Assembly: GCA_964016885.1 (NCBI GenBank)
Contig: OZ024743.1
Coordinates: forward strand, 348,378,001-348,442,000
Direction of reading: 5' to 3'
Length of the DNA: 64,000 nucleotides
Source: Eledone cirrhosa
Taxonomy: Eukaryota
This document shows, piece after piece, positions 26,463 to 40,637 of this stretch. Numbering within the stretch: the first letter of the stretch is position 1; each line of letters opens with the position of its first letter. The notes under the pieces are model-generated. The model was not told the origin of the DNA, searched no databases, and saw nothing but the letters and a program-made list of their open reading frames with translations. The position numbers and the translations under genes were made by a program.

Positions 26463-26595
26463 GTAAATATATTGAGTTCTGTAAATACTTGTAAATTTGC
26501 ACATAGCATAACTAGGCTGTAGTACCACGGTGGAAACATTTGTAAGCACATGGAATAAATTACCTTTTTATGATGTCTACCTGTTATTATTCATT

Positions 26596-26659
<64 letters not shown>

Positions 26660-26695
26660 GCATTGCTTTATTGTACTACAATAAAACTCACCTCC

Positions 26696-26734
<39 letters not shown>

Positions 26735-27219
26735 GTGTGTGCGTGTGTATAAGTATATAATTTTACATAGACATATATACATACCAATATACACACATAA
26801 TGCGCATGTTGATGTATACAAATATTAGTAAGACCGGGGGGGGGGGGTTATGTGGTGGATATTTATAAATGCATTCATGAATAAAATCATTAAGATCTAT
26901 GGCTGTTTTTTTAAATCAACTCAACTTTAATGACGAACATACATATGTATGCATACATTTAAACAAATCTGTGAGTGCGAGTGTGCCATTCTGTGTTCCT
27001 CTTATTCGTTTTCTGGATTCTGTCGTAGGATAATGACCATGTTAAATGAAACATTTCAAAGGCTATCTCGTTGATGAAAGCTGATGGTCTCCTCCACCAG
27101 GCTGGAATGTCGCCTGTTGAAGATGCCGTCTTCATCCTCATCATATACATGGTCATCATTATCATCATCATTATCTTTCATCATCATCGTCGTCCTCGTT
27201 GACATTATTATTCTCACCA

Positions 27220-27515
27220 TCAGTAAAGTACCAGTAATGCACTGGGTAATTGCTGGCCTTGTGCCAAAAGTAGAAACAATTATTATTCTCACCATTAGCG
27301 CGGTGGATTGGCAGTATCGGCAGAGAGTCGGACACTATGCTTTGTAGCATAGAGTTACGGTGCTTTACAGCTCAAATCCCGTCGAAGTTACCTTTGCTTT
27401 TCATCCTTACGGAGTTGATAAAATAAAGCACCAGTAACGCACTGGGGTGGATTTAATCGACTTTCTCCTCCCCAAAATTACTGGCCTTGTACCTATACTA
27501 GAAATCATTATCATT
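27220..27515 (+). mobile_element. Tandem SINEs (3' stub plus near-complete copy)
   Basis: AAAGTACCAGTAATGCACTGGG..GGCCTTGTGCC..TAGAAAC, then GCGGTGGATTGGCAGTATCGG head and core. Confidence 0.8.
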
Positions 27516-29229
27516 ATCATTGTCATTATCATCATCTTCTTCATCATCATTTTCATCCATCCTTCCAACCATAATCGTCATCACCATCATTATGAACAGT
27601 AGTAGCCTTTACCAATAACAGTTGAAACGACAGCAGAAACAAAGCTATCAGCGCTATACGACAGTATACATTGTCATCAATACTATCAACATGACGGATC
27701 ATTCCACATTTAACCAACAACGATTCAAATTAATATGTTTGCCATCACCACTATTTGTACACACGACGTTTCTACAGTCTGTGGCATGTTGACAGACTTC
27801 ATTCACTCAAAGCTGTGAGTGCTACACATCATTATCATTGTTTTGGGACCGGCTGAATAGAAGAAAAAGAATGAATCCTTCATTAAAAATTGCCATTACC
27901 ATTCAACGAGGGAGCTGTCCTGTTACCCCACTAAGTGTTACAAAAACAAAAACAGCTAAATCTTCCGCATCATAGCTGATTCTAATAAAGAGAAAGCATA
28001 TTAAATGTTGTAGTCTTAAATAAGCTTAAAATATAGAAGGGTCAACCTGAAATGCATTTGCTCATATGTCTTAAGGATCTATACTGAACCATATCCGAAA
28101 TAACAACACAGATTATTGGAACCAGCAAAAGCAACTAAGTTATACACAAACTAACACTATTTTAAGACAGCAACGCTGTGTCAGCTTGGACGCTAAATAC
28201 AGCTGCAAAATCTCTCAAATTACACACAATATTTGCCGATTTATGTGACGTGGCTTCCCTACTTATAGGAGATAGACAAAATGGTCACAGCTAGAATAAT
28301 TCTGATTATAGGTTTCCACAAAAATTCTTGGCATAAGCGGTACAAAAGTTTTACTGCAAACACCGTGCCACACTAAACATACACACATTATCATCATTAC
28401 AATTACGGCTGTTACTTCCATCGCCGTGTCTATTACATTCAAACAACTACTACTCACAAACAAACACTGTTGGGAAATAAAGAATATGAAAATTAACATC
28501 CCCCAAATACGAAGAGCATTAACACATTAGTACCACTGTGATGTCTATTTAACCTGATTTTTTATTTGCATAACAGTCGTGTAATTTTGTTGTTCTAACT
28601 GTGATGATGGTTTTAGTTAAACGTTGTCATGGTGTATCAGTGGCGTTCTTGGTGGTGGCTCGATGAATAACGGATCGACCTATTGGTGTAAGCGACTCAG
28701 TATCTTTATCGTAATTCTGGGGTATATTTACTGCGAGATAGGTTATGATAAGTTTAGTCCTATGAATTATATGTACAGTTCATTCTCCAGAAGATTTTCC
28801 ATTTACCAATTTCACTCACAAGACAGAAAATGGCAACAGTCACCTTCTAAATATGTCATACGGACGGGCTAAAACCCAAAACCTCATGATGGTGAAGTTA
28901 TCGTCTTGACATTCGGACATACAAACATTCATACGTAAATTAACTTGTAAACAAAAACACTAGCACCACTAATTTACCAGTACAAACACCTTCACCAATA
29001 TAACACGTCAACACTGTTATTGCGTTCATGTATTTACTCACAACACACCAGCAATCATGTACACGACCATTATTCCCATGCCTGTTCCTTATACTTACAT
29101 ACAGTTATACGTAGACACATACATATATAAATATATACATCCATACGAACAAACATATAAACATATATACATGCATACATACAAACATACATATATATAT
29201 ACATCCATGCAAACCTATATGTATCATTA

Positions 29230-29250
29230 TCTATAAAAGGCAGATTGTTG

Positions 29251-29312
<62 letters not shown>

Positions 29313-30386
29313 GCGTGTGCGTGTGTGCGTGTGTGCGTGTGTGCGTGTGCGTGTGTGTGTGTGTATATGTGTGCGTGTGTGTGTGTATGTGTGTGTGTGT
29401 GTGTGTGTGTGCATGTTCCATGTTTATACATTTGCACAATTTCAAACCGATTTGACTGAATGTCTGTTAAAATGTTGTAAATCGTCAAACTAAGTTCATC
29501 GACTATTTATTTCATTCAAACTCACCCATAATTACGGAAATAATCGATAAAACTTAATACCAACGCTTCACCCCTCTAATACAATATGATACCCTCTCTC
29601 TACTCCCCTTACAATTCGATAAAACTACATACATGCTTACAGACTTCCTTTAGGAACGCCGTAGAGAGAGAGAGAGAAGAGAGTCAGAGGGAGAGAGAGA
29701 GAGAACGTTTGTTTTTGAGTGTGGAACGGTCAAACATTTATTAAGTTCAATGACAGAGAACTTATTACGTTTCATACGAAACAACAATTATTCAAAAGCA
29801 ACAGATAAATCTATTCAACAGCAAAAAAAAATAGCGATAAATCTTTTTTAAAATCTCTCAACGAACGTGGAAGAACGAAGTATCAGTTTATTTGTTATAC
29901 ACAATAATATCCACTATGAGGTCACTAAACCTGTTAGAAACAGCAGCTAAATCTCCTCATATCACACCACTCCCTACTGTCTTAAATTTAGAAAACATAT
30001 CCTCTATGAGGTCACTAAACCTGCTAGAAACAGCACCAAACTCTCCCCCATATCACACCCCTCCCTACTGTCTTAAGTTTAGAAAACACACATTAGACAA
30101 CCATGCAGCACAACTCCATCGCAGCTCTGTTGTTCGGCTGGCATCGTCTACGCGCGTGATGCGCAAGTACCGTGAAACAATATATATCAACACTTCTGTG
30201 CACAGAGATAATATCCCTAGGCGAAACTACAATTGTCACTGCTGGCGAAGCTCCTACTTCGGCAGTCCCGGTCTGCAATTCATTCACCCAGTGCCTGGCA
30301 GACAAAAAGGTTATGCCATAAAATGGGTGGTGCAACCTAATTTTGGTAACTTACTGACCCCGAGCAACGCCGGGTTTTAATGCTAG
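29230..30386 (+). mobile_element. Non-autonomous Helitron
   Basis: 5' A|TCTATAAAAGG followed by (GT)n; 3' hairpin CCCG-AGCAACGC-CGGG then CTAG|T; A/T target with no TSD; the 5' boundary is less certain than the 3'. Confidence 0.7.
29907..30087 (+). repeat. Two tandem copies of a 90-bp unit
   Basis: ATATCC.CTATGAGGTCACTAAACCTG.TAGAAACAGCA...TTTAGAAAAC at 29907 and 29997. Confidence 0.9.
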
Positions 30387-31051
30387 TACAAACTAAAACA
30401 AATGCATGCATACATATGTGAGTAAATATGTTCATGCATACACACATACACTCATACTTACATAGATCCATACGTACATACATGCATACATACATGCACG
30501 GATATCAACATAGGACTTTTCCATGAATAACAATTACCTGTTTATATCAATAATTTACGTGAAACACTATATCGCTTTAAAAACACCGTAAAAGTAAATT
30601 ACATTTAAATACACACAGCCGCACCCCATGCAAAACACTCCAATAGTCTCACACATACATACAATGAAAAGGCGCATAGATATAAACACAAATACACACA
30701 CTCACTCCTTTCGCACGTCAACAGAATTACCTTATTCACACACACACACACACACACACATTTATTACACACATTTACATAGATGCACAAAAACACACAT
30801 GCACACACACATACGAACACATACACACATCTACCATACGTGTACAACCTCACAGCTCCCCAATGTATTGTCTTACACACACATTTCATGCACAACTACA
30901 CACAATTAAATACACTCACATAAACACGCACGATTCATACATCTTAATTCTCTCCCTTTCTCACGCATACACACACACACACATCTATGCGTACACCACC
31001 CGAAAATATCTCTCACCCTAACACACACCAATGGACGCACACGCACACAAT

Positions 31052-31158
<107 letters not shown>

Positions 31159-32039
31159 CACATACACACAAAACACATACGTTTAACACCTTACACAGAT
31201 GCAGGCACTGAACCTTCATCCCCATTCCTAACCCACCATATCTATTGCTGCACGTGAATATAAAATGGCCGACAGTGTCATCAACGGCGATAAGTATGAT
31301 CAACCAACGTGGCGAGGTGGGTATTGTTGATGAACAGAAACAGAATTAGGGCGGTAAGGGTAGTAGATTAAAGATGCTGGGTGTAGAAAGAAAGAAAAAA
31401 AAGATAAACAAATAGAGAGAGAGGGAGAGGAGAACGAGAGGCAGATATACATGTGAGAGGGATGTGAAAAAGAAGTAAAGATTAAGCTGTAACAACGGTG
31501 AAGTGTAGTGTAATTTGAGAGTGTGGAGAAAGCCTATTGAAAAAACGAATGAAGGAAAGGGCAGTTAAGTGAGAGGGACTAATGAATGTAGAGAGAGAAA
31601 GAGAGACGAGAGAGGTAAACAGAAAGATAGAGTGAGACATAGAGACTGGGTGTTTGAGCGTACGTCTGTGAATGTGTTTTTGTATTTGTTCGCTTTTCTA
31701 TTTGCGTTTACGTTCGCGCGCGCATGCTTATTTGTGTGTTCGTTTGTCTGTATATGTGTGCACATGTGTGTGTGTGTGTGCTCATGTGTTCGAGTTTTTC
31801 TGTGCACACAAATATACGTGCGTGTATGCGTGTTTGTAGGAATTAAACAGCGGCGCGAAATATTAAAGGAGAAAAAGGTATGATTGAGTCAAGAATGGGA
31901 CAGAAAAAAGGGAAAGATTATAGGAGCAATGAAGTGGAAGGATGCAGAAGACTTAACTTTTCTCCCTTCCGGACACTCTTTTGGGTCTGAGGATACGCAA
32001 TGCTTTTGCGTCCGTCCCACGCCTCCCAGTAGAGGTGAC

Positions 32040-32330
32040 AAGTCTATCGCCAGTTTTTGCAGTATGGAATGGAAACTCCAATATATTTTTCGGACAGGCG
32101 TCTCTACCTGAGGCCTCAACGCGTCCCTTGCAAACCCACACGAAGGAAGATGCGATATGGTTCATTTTTGTTTTCAGTCTCAGATCTGGTACTTTGTAAA
32201 ACCCACGAAAACTAGCCTTTTTTAGGGAGTGGCCTTGTCGTTGCAATGTCACTAGGTTATGATATTTTTCTTTGGAGTTACAGGTGTCACACATTGCATC
32301 ATCTCCCCTAGTAGTTAACTGCTGTTGGTC
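32040..32330 (-). mobile_element. Possible C-terminal (RLE) remnant of a HERO/R2-group retroposon
   Basis: SKEKYHNLVTLQRQG..FRGF..IASSFVWVCK resembles the K..KY..L / GCRGF / AS.W.W.K pattern; heavily decayed. Confidence 0.35.
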
Positions 32331-32672
32331 CGGGGTTGCTTATTCGTCCGACAGTTGCCTGGTATGTCGTAACTAACCACGATATATGGTGGTCATATCG
32401 CTATCCGCCACCTGCGACCAATTCTAAAGCAGTACAGCTCTGCCGAGAACAAAAGCAAGTGAATAGAAAATAGAAAATAGATCTGGGCACGTCACGGTTC
32501 CAAGCCCATCCTTCAATCCTTGCACAAACAAATGAACAAAGCATATGTTACTATCTAATTTATATATATATATATATATACATGTTTGTGTGTGTGTGTG
32601 TGTGTGCGCGTGTGTGTGAGTGTGTGTGTGTATGTGTGTGTGTGTGTGCGTATGTGTGTGTGGGGTGTGTGC

Positions 32673-32723
<51 letters not shown>

Positions 32724-32797
32724 CCACTCTCAAGCGGGAAGCTAATACAAATATCATTTGTACTGCCTCTCTGTTTTTTGTTCTCTGTTCATTTATT

Positions 32798-32862
<65 letters not shown>

Positions 32863-33344
32863 TTAGGAAGAAAGAGAAATATTTAGGCAGGTATATATAG
32901 AGAGAGACTGCGGTAGTCAGACATCCTGACATGTAGTAAAGGTAGTCGGTGTGGACGGTTAAGCAAGGGCTTTGTTCAGCTCAACATTGGGAAATTGAAC
33001 GAAAATAATAGTTGACGATAGAAAGAAATCAAAGAGAGAATAAGATTAAGAGTTTAATGAGAAGTTTCTTATAAAAATGGAAAAATGACCCCAGTGGAGT
33101 TGAATCTGATACGTCTGATACGTTTATGGCGGGTCCTGGAATGTATTGGTGATGTGCTGCTGGTGGTGTAATCGTTATTGTTGGTGGTGTTTTTAGTGTA
33201 AGTCGAGGTCATGTTTCTTGTGGTGGTGCTGATGCTTGTGCTACTGGTTGTGGTGGCCGTGGCTTTTGTAATGATTGTAGTAGTGCCGTTAGTTGGTTTA
33301 AAAGTGTTAGTGGTGGTAGCCGTGGTAGTGGTGGTAGCCGTGGT

Positions 33345-33508
33345 AGCGACATGCTTTGTGGTATAAGGTTAAGGTCCTTTGCATTTTGAGTTCAAATTCC
33401 ACATAGATTAGCTTTGCTTTTCAACCATCCAGGATCGATAGAATAAGTATCAGTAACTTACTGGGGTAGAATTAATAGATTCTGACTTTCCCTTCAAATT
33501 GCTAGCTT
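33345..33508 (+). mobile_element. Diverged SINE, left arm of an inverted duplication
   Basis: SINE core with private substitutions shared with 33867-34030. Confidence 0.85.
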
Positions 33509-33597
33509 ATACCACAAAGCATGTCGCCAAGAAGTGGTCGCAGTAGTTGTCGTTGAAGTTTTGGGTGGTGTAAGTTGTGGTGGAGTTGCTATTACTG

Positions 33598-33790
33598 CAG
33601 ATGATGATGATGAGAACGATGATATTCATGATAATGATAATGAAGATGAGGATGACGATGACGATGATTATGATGATAATGAGGAGGAGGGGGAAGTCAA
33701 TGACGATAATGGGGATGCCACAAATAATGATGATAACAATGATGACTACGACGATGAGGAAGATGATGATGATTATGATAATGATGACGC
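33598..33790. repeat. Imperfect (GAT)n array
   Basis: Directly visible. Confidence 0.9.
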
Positions 33791-33866
33791 TATTTTTTTG
33801 TACACTTCACAGATGTAGTTTAGATGCTGGATTCGAAAAAGAAACATTTTTTCTACTTTTCACACA

Positions 33867-34030
33867 AAGCTAGCAATTTGAAGGGAATGTCAGAATCTAT
33901 TAATTCGACCCCAGTAAGTTACTGATACTTATTCTATCGATCCTAGATGGTTGAAAAGCAAAGCTAATCTATGTGGGATTTGAACTCAAAATGCAAAGGA
34001 CCTTAACCTTATAGCACAAAGCATGTCGCC
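33867..34030 (-). mobile_element. Diverged SINE, right arm of an inverted duplication
   Basis: Reverse complement of 33345-33508 with few mismatches. Confidence 0.85.
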
Positions 34031-34079
34031 CGCCACTCTAGCAATACTACCAATTCACAGTCCCCTAGAAGCATTACTA

Positions 34080-34860
34080 ATCCCTGTCTTCATCCTCCTA
34101 TCAGATATCGACTCCTGTTTCTCCTTACTTCTGACCAATTCTTCTATCGCCAAGTCTTATCTGCCTATCGAGCAGAATCTGTCCCGACTATAAGGCTACA
34201 CTTTTGCTGCTTTCACTATGTCAAGGGATTTATATTTTCTGCATGTCTTCAACCTCACGACCTTGTCTCGTGTTACCTCAATGATGCTACCGGGCTTTAT
34301 ATATCCATCGCCGCAATCCTCAACGGTGGAGTTGAGAGGTATGTTCAGTTTGGTTTGGCAACGGTAGAGAATGCACTTCATTGTGTATTTGTTGGTGTTG
34401 CCTTGCATAGTTTTCACTATACGTATACTAATATCCTATATCAGCAGAGGCACACGATCTCCAGCATTAGCATGAACTACTAAGACCAGGCATTGTAATA
34501 GCCATATAAGCTAAATTGATATATGAATGGATGTCTTTTAATCAGCATGTTTTAGTTTCAGTCCTCCATTTTGTATCTTTCAGAGAGACAACATACTACG
34601 TCCCAAAGATTTTAATTGGTTCTTTTGTCATTGATGCTTCCCTCATCTGCAATGAGAGACTCCGGCATTTCTTTGATTTCAACCTCATTTCAGAAGAATG
34701 GACTACCTTACCCAAATCTTCAGTATTTTGGTGTATTTTGTTTTCCTTCGTAGACAGGACTGCACTATCATCAATGAAAACCTTCGGAAGGAGCATTCAA
34801 AATCACTTTCTAAAGTCTGCTGGTAATGTGCTGCTCACTACTACCTTCAAGTGACATCCA
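34080..34860 (-). mobile_element. Decayed RT fragment of a HERO/R2-group retroposon
   Basis: PKVFIDD...EMRLKSKKCRSLSL...KEPIKIFG and LYRCQTKLNIPLNSTVE...KTCRK resemble the FMDD / MxFKPxKSRSL / LxLPxSSxVE / TGRKW motifs. Confidence 0.55.
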
Positions 34861-35046
34861 TTGTCAATGGAAAATGTATAAGGGAGATTTTACAACTCAC
34901 TGGTTGCTAGCTTAGTTAGAGTGGTAGGGTAATGGGGTGATGTAATGGTGGTGGTCTGTCCCGGGAAGAACACACTCTGCCTTCGCCGATGTCAGTGGTA
35001 TATCAACTTCCGAATTGATGCAGTTTATTATACATTCATGTGAGTC

Positions 35047-35123
<77 letters not shown>

Positions 35124-35339
35124 ACGTATGTATGTGTGTGTTTGTGTGCGCGTGTGTGTGCACGCCCGTATATGTATCTGAATATATATACACTTATATA
35201 TAAGCTATAAACTAAAGGGTTCCTATTTTAAATAAATTCTCTATTATACGTTTACTACAACGGCATAAGATTGATGACAACGAACAAAACTCTGAGTATT
35301 GGTGTGTCGAACTGCATACCTACTTCTTACTGTCTAACA

Positions 35340-35725
35340 TTATTGGCAGTATCGGTAGAGGGTCGGACATGCTTTCCAGCATAGTTACGTCCAATTACGA
35401 TCTCAGTTCAAATCCCGCCGAGGTTAACTTTGCCTTTCATCCTTACGGGGTCGATAAAATAAAGTACCAGTAATTAACTGAAATTGCTGGCCTTGTGTCA
35501 AAATCAGAAACAATTATTTCTGTAATATCTGCGGTGGATTGAGAGTATCGGTAGAGCGTCAGACAGCATGCTTGCAGAATAGAGTTATGGCCCTTTACGT
35601 TCCGAGTCCAAATACCGCCGAGGTTAACTTTGCTTTTCATCCTCATGGGGTCGATAATATAAAGTACCAGTAATACACTGGGGTAATTGCTGGCTTTGTG
35701 CTAAATGTAGAAATAATTATTTCTG
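35340..35725 (+). mobile_element. Two head-to-tail SINEs (dominant family)
   Basis: Cores at 35405-35520 and 35604-35725, both ending AATTATTTCTGT. Confidence 0.88.
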
Positions 35726-35890
35726 TGACATTTAAACTTGACGTATCTCTCTCCTCTATATTTTTAACACTGCCTGTTTCTTCCTGTGAGAAAGTGATAG
35801 TTAGAGAGATGGAGAGAGAGTGAGGGAGTTACAGAGAGAAAAAGAGAGAGGATGAGCGAGAGAGAATGAGAGAGAGAGACAGAGAGAAAG

Positions 35891-35951
<61 letters not shown>

Positions 35952-36631
35952 CCATCATCTCCAGTACTGGACTGGTACTTTCTTCATAAATCTATAAAGG
36001 ATGAATGTTAAGTTGACATCGATAGGATCTAAACTCAGAGTGCAGAGAGCCGAATCGAATTCCGGAAATATTCTATCCGATGTTCCAATGACTCTGCCGA
36101 TCGTCGCTTCATCTATATATATATTACAACAGCTTCAGTATTCCGTGTGTCATAATTCTCGATTATCATTGGTTTATAGGTTTCAAGCGACTCTACCCAC
36201 CACAACGACGCCAAACTTGAATTAATACGCATAATGCCAATGAGGGAGTGAGAGGAGAGAGTAAGAAACAGAGAGGCAACTGAACGCTGTAACTATTACC
36301 ATGCGTGCGTGTGTATGTACGTGCGTGTAGGTTTATGTGTGTGTGCGTGCAGTGTTCCACAGAAAGTAAAAACAATCAACATGTGTGTGTGTGTGTAAGT
36401 GTGTGTAAGTGTGTGTAAGTGCACGCGTGCGTGTGTAAGTGTGCGTGCGTGTGCGCGTTTACATGCGTGTATGTGTGTGTACGTGGGGCGTTCCACAATC
36501 GCCACGCAGTTTATCTGTCTGTGTGCCTGTCAGTCAGTCTAACATGCACAAAGTTGTGGAAGGAGTAAATAGAGACCTGTTTTATATTGACGGATATCTT
36601 TTATATTTATTATTGTGTCAATTTTTGACAA

Positions 36632-36889
36632 TTGCTCGAAATGAATACTGATAATAAAAGCAAATCGACTTTATCAAACAGTGAACTACAGCGGCGACGG
36701 TGTGCAGCCAGGAATGAAGAAAAACGGACCGAACAGCTCCATCGGAACGCCGAACTTCAGAGGCGAAGACGTGCCGCCATGAATGAAGAGCAGCTGGCTG
36801 AACAACGCCAACGAAACATTGGAGCCAAGCAGCGACGGTGTGCTGCGATGATTGAAGACGAACTGGCTGAGCATCATCTTTTATATTAA
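36632..36889 (+). pseudogene. Fragment with three 23-aa (69-bp) STPR-like repeats, probably from a Helitron RepHel N-terminus
   Basis: ELQRRRCAARNEEKRTEQLHRNA / ELQRRRRAAMNEEQLAEQRQRNI / GAKQRRCAAMIEDELAE; adjacent to Helitron-like ends. Confidence 0.5.
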
Positions 36890-36895
36890 TTATAT

Positions 36896-37250
36896 ATATC
36901 TATATCTACATTTAATATAAAAGATTGGAACTTCCATCATCCTTTTGAGAAAAGTGGAACAACCACGTCTATGCAATGATACACGTTTTACAGTCAGGCA
37001 GAAGATGAACCATCTCCTAGAGGTCACTATACTAGGTGGGAGCACCTAGAATTGTTCATATACTATGAACAAACGGTACAACGAAGAATCTGGTATATCT
37101 GGAAGATTTTTTTTACTGTTTTCTGTACACACAGACACCACCGACTCCCCTCATACTGTAACCAGATAAACAACCAATACAGTCATTTTCTCTTTTACCT
37201 GTCTTCTCTTATCATCTGTTTACCCGGGCGAAGCTGGTACGCCAGTTAGT
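36896..37250 (+). mobile_element. Degenerate non-autonomous Helitron
   Basis: 5' TCTATATCTAC..TATAAAAG; 3' ACCCGGGCGAAGCTGGTAC..CAGTTAGT (decayed hairpin and CTAG). Confidence 0.5.
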
Positions 37251-40200
37251 AGGAATAATGTTTACAACGCATGCGTTTCCTGGGCAGTCAACCATCTAAG
37301 TATTAACTAAGTTTGACTTTACTCGACTTCACTGTCGGCAGAAAAATCCATTTTTACAACGTGATTTGGCCGTAAACAAAGATTATTATATTAAAGCGAA
37401 GTAGCAATATCTACAGAAACGGAAGATAAGCGCTCTCTAATTAACAGCAGCAACATTAACGACAAGAAAATAGACAATTGAGCTAAAGAACAACATGGCT
37501 GCCAACATTAATAACAACAAGGAGGAATACATTGAATTATAGTCATAGATGAAACAAAATTAATATGGGTGGGATAGTCAAGGCATCAATGCCTTTGATC
37601 ATATATCTCTTAAATTAAACGTAACCCGTGTCTAAATAAGTGTTAGTTATTTTGCTAGTTAATGAATTCTGATTATCCTAAGTGCAAGAATCTTCCACAA
37701 GGTAGAGACTATCTTAATTTTGCTACACTATAATAGCTATTTGTTAAGGTTGGTTAAAAGGACTGTTATGATATATATATCTTTATTTAGAAGTACAGTG
37801 GACCTCAACGATTTTACATTAACTCTTACCATCCTGAAGCTAATGGAATCAAACAAAAATTTAAAAAACATGTTTGAAAAGCACAAAATGACACATTATA
37901 AAGTAGAGTATTTACTTCAAGACTGTACATTTGGACAACAATTTGTCCACAAGCAAATTTACTATAAACATTTGAATTAACAAGTCAGTTTTTAAATAGA
38001 TTCTGCTTAATTATAACAGGGTGTGAAGAGCTAATACTAACTGATAATCGAAACCCTGAGGCATTTTTCCTTTTCTATATTCCTTCACTGACAATCAATA
38101 TATATAAATATTTGTTTCTTTTGCACACAATGTAGCGCTTTACAAATAGAAGTATGAGGTTCTTGCTTTTCTAAAAGGAGTAATCTAAAACAAATTGAAT
38201 AGTAATTATATATTTTTCTACAATGGAATGATTTATGAAATTAACGATATGAAATTAACGATCCGATGGGGGATTGAATGAGTAGTCACCCGACCAGGTT
38301 CCGGTAGCTGCTAACTCTCCCTCAAATCACACAACGCCATAATACCATCCAAAATATTACAAACATGTATTAGAAAACGCAATCCATACAATGGTCGATG
38401 CTTAAAACACAAATATACTAGCCTATATTTAAATACTAACAACTATCTAAATTTGTATGATATTAAAGGTACATACTTGAAAGTGTAGAATCAAAATTAA
38501 ACACGTGGATCATATAACATGCCTTATTCATATGTCATAAGCTCAAATAATCTACAGGTATCATATTGTCTTTTTGAGCTTGTCATTTTAGTCTACACTG
38601 CCTTTTATTAATTACTTGTATCTAATATCATATGATGATTCAAGTGAAATGAATATTTTAGGAGATATACTTCAGTGAATATTTTGTTCTGTTTCTCTAC
38701 TTTAAAACAATTAAAACGTGATTTTAGCATAAATGTGGTTCGTATGAGAGGAAACCAAATCTTTTCAAGTTGGAGGAGTGTATAACTCAAATCATAATAG
38801 CTAATGGTGTGATATTAGCCATCAAAAATGTTTACCTCGATATTTGAAATGAACGTTTTACCGGGATGTCATATATATGCACAATTTAAAAAAAGAACTA
38901 GATGGTTGTTCAGGATTATTTCCCCTTCAATAACAACCAAACAGAACTAAAAAAAGAATAAGCTGTATCAATAGCTTGTGCATATCTCTCTACTTATGTC
39001 AATTCGAATGTTATAAGAAAACCTCGCTTACCGAACACCATTTCTCTGAAATTTAAATGGTCTAACATGATTTTAAGGTCCACGAGAATTTTCAATTAGC
39101 CATACCATGTATAATCCAAACACGAGAAAACTACTGGTCTTATACATATATCATAAGTAATATGTAACTGTCAGTCATTTAGCTTACATTTAGACGTTTT
39201 AAAACATGTTAAATAATTGTTATAAAAGAAAATTGGCTAAGACGATGAAGGATGTTAAATGATGGCAGAATCAGTGGCATTATCATTGTCTCGGAATTCT
39301 TGCTCTTATTATGTTTGTGAAGCGAAACGAACATCATTAACAATCGAACAGAAACGAGAAATGTTGTTGCCTAAATCGTATCAAAAATGCGTTAATTCTT
39401 GTACAAAGTTACATTATTTCATGGATTGAATAACAAAACCTAAATAAACATGTTATTTTTTCTTAATTATGTTCAGTAGAACCTCCTTTGTTTATGGTTT
39501 ACAGAATTATCCGAATACGCATTTATCCGACAAAATTACTTACTCAGCCATCTCGTTCAGATAGTCAATGTCTAATTGTATTCCATTTGATGTGCTATAG
39601 TTTGATGTTTGAAAATATAATAAAACAAGCATAGAGTCGCAGGAATTATTGTTCTGTAGAAAAGGTAAAATAAACTGAGTTATAGATTGTCACTGTAGTG
39701 TCTTATTTATATATTTACCAGTTAAGTTGTTGTAACTTTTATTTTCATTATATGAAAATGACCCGGTTTGACAGCTACTTCGTTCTAGCTATGTAAGTAA
39801 CACATTATTGGAGGAAGCACATGAAGTAGAGCAAACATGTAGAATATATAGAAACTTGAATCATACAAATATTAAATATAATTTATGTATAGGTTTAGAA
39901 AACTAAGTGTCTGAATGAGGAAAATATTTCTTACGTTTATCAGACAACACATTTATGGACATGTAGAAATATTTCAGTCAACAAAATGACCACAGTTATA
40001 ATACTGCATTTATATACAAGTGTGTAGCAATCATATGTACGGACTCTATAAGTGAAAAAAATAAAAACAAAGAGGAATAATTCGTCATAACTTGCGACTC
40101 TGTACAGGTTCGGTCTCGCAAATTCCATTTACAAAATTTGCTCAACCTAAAAATTATTCAAAATGCTACAGAGAAATATCGAACCTGGAATACGTGTTTG

Positions 40201-40637
40201 CAATGGCAGCGAATCTTCACAGCCACAAATTGTTAACTTGAATATAATTGCTATATTATCCCCTGAAAACTATGTCTGGAGCAATATTTCACAATATATT
40301 GGAATCGGATTTCATACGTTGTCAAAAGGTTTGAAACAATGCAATGAGAAAATACCTCATATGAAAGAAAATCCAGTTAGTTCGAAATATAAACCTTAGG
40401 AAATATTATACAGATTTTTGTCCCAGCATTTTCGTAATAAAACTAAATATTAATTACAATATTTCGAAATGCCTTATGTTTTACTTCCTGAATAGAACCA
40501 TCGTAACCGAGGTCTGTAATCATATATAGATATATTTGACACATATTTATATACCCAGAGACAATCATTTAGACAAACACAACACACACACACATACATA
40601 CACAGGCACACATGCAGAAATAGATATACATAGATAC

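Noticed and set aside
33534-33873. Acidic D/N-rich and Met-rich ORFs
   Set aside because: Translation of an imperfect (GAT)n array with no splice or codon support
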